Shown here: positions 58,767 through 64,000 of the stretch, piece after piece
How positions within the stretch are numbered: the stretch's first letter is position 1
How the letters are laid out: every line of letters starts with the position of its first letter
Made by a program: the position numbers and the translations under genes
The notes under the pieces: model-generated
What the model was told of the DNA's origin: nothing
The model's input: the letters and a program-made list of their open reading frames with translations, nothing else
Database searches by the model: none
From: Candidatus Latescibacterota bacterium
GTDB lineage: Bacteria > Latescibacterota > UBA2968
Direction of reading: 5' to 3'
DNA: 64,000 nucleotides
Assembly (NCBI GenBank): GCA_965204745.1
Contig: OZ242010.1
Location: 4,448,001-4,512,000 of the forward strand

Positions 58767-60370
58767 GCCGAGTTGTGGTTTTGTCGGCGGCGATTTTATT
58801 TTTTGCCGGATTCGCACAGGCACAAGTTCCACCCGATTTTGTGCCGGGAAGCGCGTTGCACGACGTGTACTGTCGCGCCTGCGCGCATTTCTATCCCGAG
58901 GTCTTGCCCGTCGACAGCGAGTTTCGCTTGGACAGAGCGGTTTGCGGCACATCTGCACTGCTGGGCTTGCGGGCGAATTGGGACCGCTTGCCGGCATCGG
59001 CCAAAGAGGCGTTTGCATTTCTCCTGCAGCGGCCCGTTTTGAGGGAGTCGATCCTGTCGTCGGAAGGTCATTTCAAAATTCACTACAATACCACGGGGAT
59101 CGACGCGGTCGATCCCACGGACGCAGACAGCAATGGGGTGCCGGATTACGTGGATGAGGCCGCCCGCACGTTTGAGGCCGTATGGGATTTGCAAATCGAC
59201 CAGATGGGCTACGATCCGCCGCCGTCCGATGGCGATGGCGTGTACGATATTTACATCAAAAATCTCGCTCGCCAGGGCGCTTATGGCTTTACCTATCCGA
59301 TAGCCTACCCGGAAACGATCACCCCGAGTTATATGGAAATCGACAATGATTTTAGGGATAATATTTACGCTTCGCGCGGCGTGGATGGCTTGCGCGTGAC
59401 CGCGGCGCACGAGTTTTTTCACGCGATTCAATTTGCGTATTACGCCGACTATGGCGCGGCGTGGTGGCAGGAACTCACGGCCACGTGGATGGAGGATGTG
59501 GCCTATCCCGACGTCGATGATTTTTATCAGTATATGCGCTGTCCGAGTGTTTATTCGTGTTTTTACGATACGCCCGAAGCGTCATTGGACTCGGATGCCG
59601 ACCTCCGTGAATTTGGCGCGTCCATTTTCGCGCACCACGTCGAGCAGATCTACGGCGCGGATGCGATAAAAAATGTTTGGGCACACCTCCGAGCGCGCGA
59701 CCCGAGCACCTATCGCTTGTCGCTGATTGACGAGGCCATGCCCTTGGGGGGTTTCGCCCAAGTGATGCCGCGGTTTTCCGCGTGGAATTATTTGACCGGC
59801 ACACACGCGAGGGACGGATATTACACGGAGGCGAGGGAGTTACCGACCATTGAGCACGCCGATGTTTTCCTGGGAACGGGCGGATATCGCGACGGGTCTG
59901 CGGCTGTGGATCACTTGGGGACGACCTACATTTCCGTGCCGACGTCAAGCGTCGCGGGCGGGCTTCGCGGGACGTTCGCGTTGGACGCAGCCGGGGAATG
60001 GACCCTGTTGGTGTTGCTGATTTCACAATCCGGCGTGGAACTGCTGTGGCCGCGTGGAACGACGGTGGTGATTCCGGATGCGAGTCGGTTTGACGAGGTG
60101 GTGTTTGTGGCGATGGAGACTTCGCTTTCCGGGACGCGGCGGCGCGTGGCTTACACCCTAGCCACCGGGGGTAGCACCGCGACCGATCTCGTGGGCGATC
60201 TCGATGGCGATGGGCGCGTTGCGTTTGCCGATTTTGTGCGCTTTGCCGATAGCTATGGGCGGTTGCACACGGACGCGGCGTACGAACTCAGAGCGGATTT
60301 CAACGGGGATGGCCCCATCGATTTTTGGGATTTCCTCATTTTTGCTTCTCATTTTGGCGAATCGCGTTAA
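58763..60370 (+). CDS. Secreted zinc metalloprotease (MXAN_6640-like) with a C-terminal EF-hand/dockerin-like tail
   Basis: Signal peptide, AAHEFFHAIQ, tail DLDGDGRVAFADF...DFNGDGPIDFWDFLIFASHFG. Confidence 0.85.
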   Translation: MSRVVVLSAAILFFAGFAQAQVPPDFVPGSALHDVYCRACAHFYPEVLPVDSEFRLDRAVCGTSALLGLRANWDRLPASAKEAFAFLLQRPVLRESILSSEGHFKIHYNTTGIDAVDPTDADSNGVPDYVDEAARTFEAVWDLQIDQMGYDPPPSDGDGVYDIYIKNLARQGAYGFTYPIAYPETITPSYMEIDNDFRDNIYASRGVDGLRVTAAHEFFHAIQFAYYADYGAAWWQELTATWMEDVAYPDVDDFYQYMRCPSVYSCFYDTPEASLDSDADLREFGASIFAHHVEQIYGADAIKNVWAHLRARDPSTYRLSLIDEAMPLGGFAQVMPRFSAWNYLTGTHARDGYYTEARELPTIEHADVFLGTGGYRDGSAAVDHLGTTYISVPTSSVAGGLRGTFALDAAGEWTLLVLLISQSGVELLWPRGTTVVIPDASRFDEVVFVAMETSLSGTRRRVAYTLATGGSTATDLVGDLDGDGRVAFADFVRFADSYGRLHTDAAYELRADFNGDGPIDFWDFLIFASHFGESR

Positions 60371-61164
60371 TGGAGCACCTTGTGATTGCATTGCGAAAAG
60401 ATCGAGAATTGGAGTTGATGGTCGAAGCCAACCGGGTCGTGGGCATGGTGCATCGCGTGCTCAAACCGCTGATTCAACCGGGGATAACGACGAGGGAATT
60501 GGACGAGGTGGCCGAAAAAGTGATCCGCGCCCACAGCGCAGAACCCGCGTTTAAGGGCTATCGGTTGAACGAGTGTGAGGTCGCGTATCCGGCCGCGACC
60601 TGCATTTCGATCAACGAGCAGGTGGTACACGGGATTCCCGGCAATCGCAGGTTGATGGATGGCGATATCGTCAGCATCGATGTCGGCGCGAAACTGCGCG
60701 GGTACTACGGGGATCAGGCCATTACGCGCGTTGTCGGCGAGATTTCCGACCGGGAAAAGGAATTGCTCGAGGTGACGCGCGAGGCATTGTTCAAGGGCAT
60801 TGAACAAGCGGTCGCCGGGCGGCGCCTGAGCGATATTTGCGGCGCGGTGCAACGCTGGGTCGAGCGATTCGGGTTTTCCGTGGTGCGGCAGTTCGTCGGG
60901 CACGGCATCGGGCGCAGGTTGCACGAAGACCCCGCAGTGCCCAATTACCTGCCGCTGGATCGGGACCCGCGATTGCGAAAGGGGATGGTGCTCGCGATTG
61001 AGCCAATGGTCAATTTGGGCACGCACGATGTGGTGGTCGCCGATGATGGCTGGACCGCATCTACTGCCGATGGGTTGCCCTCGGCGCATTTTGAGCATGT
61101 GGTGGCGATTACACATGCCGAGCCGCGGATTTTGACGATGTTCGAGGAAGAGATCAATGGGTAA
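60370..61164 (+). CDS. map: Methionine aminopeptidase type I
   Basis: CISINEQVVHGIP, GHGIG, AIEPM, SAHFEH. Confidence 0.97.
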   Translation: MEHLVIALRKDRELELMVEANRVVGMVHRVLKPLIQPGITTRELDEVAEKVIRAHSAEPAFKGYRLNECEVAYPAATCISINEQVVHGIPGNRRLMDGDIVSIDVGAKLRGYYGDQAITRVVGEISDREKELLEVTREALFKGIEQAVAGRRLSDICGAVQRWVERFGFSVVRQFVGHGIGRRLHEDPAVPNYLPLDRDPRLRKGMVLAIEPMVNLGTHDVVVADDGWTASTADGLPSAHFEHVVAITHAEPRILTMFEEEING

Positions 61165-61777
61165 TTTTATTCGGACCCGTTACGCGCTACGCTTCGTTGT
61201 AGGCTACGCCTGTGCCTACGAGGAAAAGGGGAAGAACGTCTCCCCTCCCCGTCTCGGGGAGGGGCCGGGGGAGGGGTCACATTTCGTTTCAAGACAATTT
61301 CTTAGAGTCGTTTGCAGTCTGATAGTCGTGCTGATGTCTTGTAGCCAGCACTACGAAGAAGGGGCGCATCCGCCGCCAAAGCCGCCGTCTGGTTCCGAGT
61401 CTCCTGCGCCAAAGCCGCCGACCGAGTCTGCCCTTGTGGTTTCCGGGACGATTCGATTGGCCGAGGGCTTTGACGCACGTATTGGACGCGATGCCGCGCT
61501 GTTTATCATTGCGCGTCCTGCCCCGGTGGGCGGCCCGCCCTTGGCCGTGAAACGGCTCGACATTCCCGCATTCCCGCACGATTACGCGCTGATGCAAAGC
61601 GACGCGATGATAGAGATCAACTGGGATGAGATTGACGCGCTGTACGTTTCCGCCAAAATTGACGCGGACGGCCGCGTCGGTGGCGCGACGACCGGCGACC
61701 TCGAAGGCATCCACGCGCACAACCCGGTCGCGCCCGGCGCTGTGGATGTGGATATTGTGATCGATAAAGTGCATTGA
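61157..61777 (+). CDS. Lipoprotein resembling the CcmI/CycH C-terminal domain; start uncertain (a repeat lies in the 5' part)
   Basis: LMSC lipobox-like; LFIIAR...GPPLAVKRL..FP..Y.L...DAM...GDLEG. Confidence 0.7.
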   Translation: MGNFIRTRYALRFVVGYACAYEEKGKNVSPPRLGEGPGEGSHFVSRQFLRVVCSLIVVLMSCSQHYEEGAHPPPKPPSGSESPAPKPPTESALVVSGTIRLAEGFDARIGRDAALFIIARPAPVGGPPLAVKRLDIPAFPHDYALMQSDAMIEINWDEIDALYVSAKIDADGRVGGATTGDLEGIHAHNPVAPGAVDVDIVIDKVH

Positions 61778-61814
61778 TGCGCGTAGAGATATGAATCCCG
61801 AGGAAGGCAACGCC

Positions 61815-62063
61815 ATGAAGAACGCCAAGTGCAACTTCTGCGGGAGTGAACGTTGCGAAGAGCGACGCATTGACTATCTTTATAGGCACCGAGATCAATA
61901 CCTATTGGTGCCCAACACGCCGGTCGAAATCTGCCTTCACTGCGGCATGATCTACTACGATGCTGCCGTGCTCAAGGAAATCGAACGCCGCTTCTTTTCC
62001 ATTCAAAATAAGCGAGAAGAACCCGACCGGTACATCGAGATGCCGACCGTGGCGTACTCTTGA
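61815..62063 (+). CDS. YgiT-type zinc-finger protein (MqsA-like antitoxin domain)
   Basis: CNFCG...VPNTPVEICLHCGMIYY. Confidence 0.8.
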   Translation: MKNAKCNFCGSERCEERRIDYLYRHRDQYLLVPNTPVEICLHCGMIYYDAAVLKEIERRFFSIQNKREEPDRYIEMPTVAYS

Positions 62064-62072
62064 GAAATCGCT

Positions 62073-63794
62073 ATGGACTACACGATTATTCACGCGACGC
62101 ATGAGGCCATTCAAAAAGCCGGGGGGATCGGCACTGTGCTCGAGGGGTTGATCACCTCGGCGGTGTATCAAAAAGCCGTGACGCGATCCTTTCTCGTAGG
62201 CCCTCTGTTGCACCTCGACGATGAAGACCTCCTCGCGGCGAGCGGCGAAGTGCGGTTCTCGACGATTTCCGGGGTGCAAAATACCCCGCATGCCAACGCG
62301 CTCGACCACATAGCCGAGCGCTACAATGTCAATCTCGTGTACGGGACGCGGCAATTCGCAGATGGGGCAGAGGCCGATGTGTTGCTCGTGGATGCCGCAG
62401 ACATTAACCCGCGGCGGTCGCGCAATTTCAAATACAATCTCTACCGGCACTTTGGCCTGACGTCTGACCGATACGATTCGGTCGCGGATTACGCGCTGTA
62501 TGTCGATATCGCCGAAGTGGCCTACGAAGCGGTTTCCGATTTGATCGGCGCCGCGCCCGGGCCGCATATTGTGCTCGCGCACGAGTATATGGGCATGCCC
62601 GTCGCACTCAAGGCGATCATGGAGGACGACCCGCGCTTTCGAACCGTTTTTTACGCGCACGAGGTGGCGGCCATGCGCGGGATTGTGGAGAGCCACCCCG
62701 GGCACGATGTCATGTTTTACAATGCGCTGGCACGCGCATTATCACAGGGCGAAACCGTCGCGGATTTGTTTGGCGATCAGTCCGATTATTACCGGCACGC
62801 GCTGGTGCAACTGGCATCGCACTGCGATGGGATCTTCGCCGTGGGCGATCCCACGCTCGACGAACTGCGCTTGATGGGATTTGGAGATCGGCACATCGAC
62901 TTGGTGTACAACGGCATTCCCGCCGGGCGAATTTCCCACGCAGAAAAATCGCGCTCGCGCTCGCGCCTGTTGCAATACGCGCAAAACTTGCTCGGGTACG
63001 CGCCGGATGTGGTGATGACGCACGTCACAAGGCCCGTGATCAGCAAGGGACTGTGGCGCGATTTGCTCGTGTTGACGCACCTCGATAACCTGTTGCAGGA
63101 CAAGGGCCAGACCGGGGTGTTTTTCGTGCTGACGACCGCGGCCGGGCCGCGCGAGTTGCGCGATGTGGAAACCATGGAAGCCGAATACGGGTGGCCGGTC
63201 GTCCACCGCAAAGGGCATCCTGACTTGGTCGCGAGCGAGGTGGATATCTGGGCGGATATCGAGGCGTTTAACCGAGAGGCAACAGCCGTGCGGGCCGTTC
63301 TGGTCAATCAATTTGGATGGGATAGGGCGAGTTGCGGGCAGCGCATGCCCCGCGGGATGGCCTTTGCGGATTTGCGCCAGGGCACGGATGTCGAATTTGG
63401 GCAGTCGATTTACGAGCCGTTTGGCATTGCGGTGCTCGAGCCCCTGACCTTTGGCGCGTTGTGCGTGCCGAGCAGCGCGTGCGGGTGTTGCGGATTTTTG
63501 GATCGCATCGCGAGCAAAAATATTGCGGATCACGTCCTCGTGGCGGATTATACGGCAGATGTCGCGCTAGATGGCGATGCCCGCGCTATCGGGGGACATG
63601 AACGCCAGCTTCAAGAGGGCAAAGTGGCGCGAAAAGTCGCACGGGAGATCGCGAGCGCGTTGCCCACGTCCGACGAGGAACGCGAGGCGCGATTGCACGC
63701 AGGCTATGCACTGGCCGCGCACATGAGTTGGGATCGCGTGTGCGAGGCGTTCTTTTTGCCCGGCATCCAACGCGCGATTTCGCGTTGTACATAG
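62073..63794 (+). CDS. Glycogen synthase-like GT-B glycosyltransferase
   Basis: HEAIQKAGGIGTV, VYNGI, SIYEPFGIAVLE. Confidence 0.8.
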   Translation: MDYTIIHATHEAIQKAGGIGTVLEGLITSAVYQKAVTRSFLVGPLLHLDDEDLLAASGEVRFSTISGVQNTPHANALDHIAERYNVNLVYGTRQFADGAEADVLLVDAADINPRRSRNFKYNLYRHFGLTSDRYDSVADYALYVDIAEVAYEAVSDLIGAAPGPHIVLAHEYMGMPVALKAIMEDDPRFRTVFYAHEVAAMRGIVESHPGHDVMFYNALARALSQGETVADLFGDQSDYYRHALVQLASHCDGIFAVGDPTLDELRLMGFGDRHIDLVYNGIPAGRISHAEKSRSRSRLLQYAQNLLGYAPDVVMTHVTRPVISKGLWRDLLVLTHLDNLLQDKGQTGVFFVLTTAAGPRELRDVETMEAEYGWPVVHRKGHPDLVASEVDIWADIEAFNREATAVRAVLVNQFGWDRASCGQRMPRGMAFADLRQGTDVEFGQSIYEPFGIAVLEPLTFGALCVPSSACGCCGFLDRIASKNIADHVLVADYTADVALDGDARAIGGHERQLQEGKVARKVAREIASALPTSDEEREARLHAGYALAAHMSWDRVCEAFFLPGIQRAISRCT

Positions 63795-64000
63795 CGAACC
63801 ATTTGACGCCTTGAGGCGTGTAAGGCGAGTGCAGAGTGGAGGGCATAGCCTCTCTTATATCTTATACCAAATTTGATTTTATATTGTCCGCATCCTGCCT
63901 CACATCAGAGATGAATGAGGAACAGACATTGCTTGCCTCAAGCGTTTGGTCCTAAAGCCTCGTTGGTTGCCTCCGATGCCTTCGGCGACTTACTTTTTTT

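Overview
GC-rich bacterial chromosomal window with no rRNA, tRNA or CRISPR array seen. The gene style (C-terminal EF-hand/dockerin-like tails, Calx-beta/GLUG surface proteins, many TA fragments, dense intergenic repeats) resembles Latescibacterota/Poribacteria-type marine or sponge-associated bacteria; this is inference only. Housekeeping and metabolic genes include ggt, purC, mazG, map, CinA/PncC, M42 and P1 peptidases, a GT2-radical SAM-GT2 operon, a TonB receptor operon and a large Fe/Mn uptake island (DtxR-feoAB, then troABCD-mntR). Defence and accessory loci include a toxin-antitoxin array, an MTase-HNH fusion, a Menshen-like three-gene system, an orphan frameshifted hsdS and a Fic gene broken by a TnpB-only IS200/IS605 element. 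The most unusual signals are: (1) different TA modules sitting between the same left (promoter-like) and right (terminator) flanks, like interchangeable cassettes; (2) two giant surface proteins sharing a near-identical C-terminal module that appears to have displaced the native dockerin-like tail, one with a C17 tract in its leader; (3) ~115-bp inverted repeats bracketing the feo operon; (4) a modular intergenic repeat pattern of short tandem arrays joined to conserved anchors, plus a MITE carrying a site-specific nested insert. All assignments come from reading motifs by eye; no searches were run.
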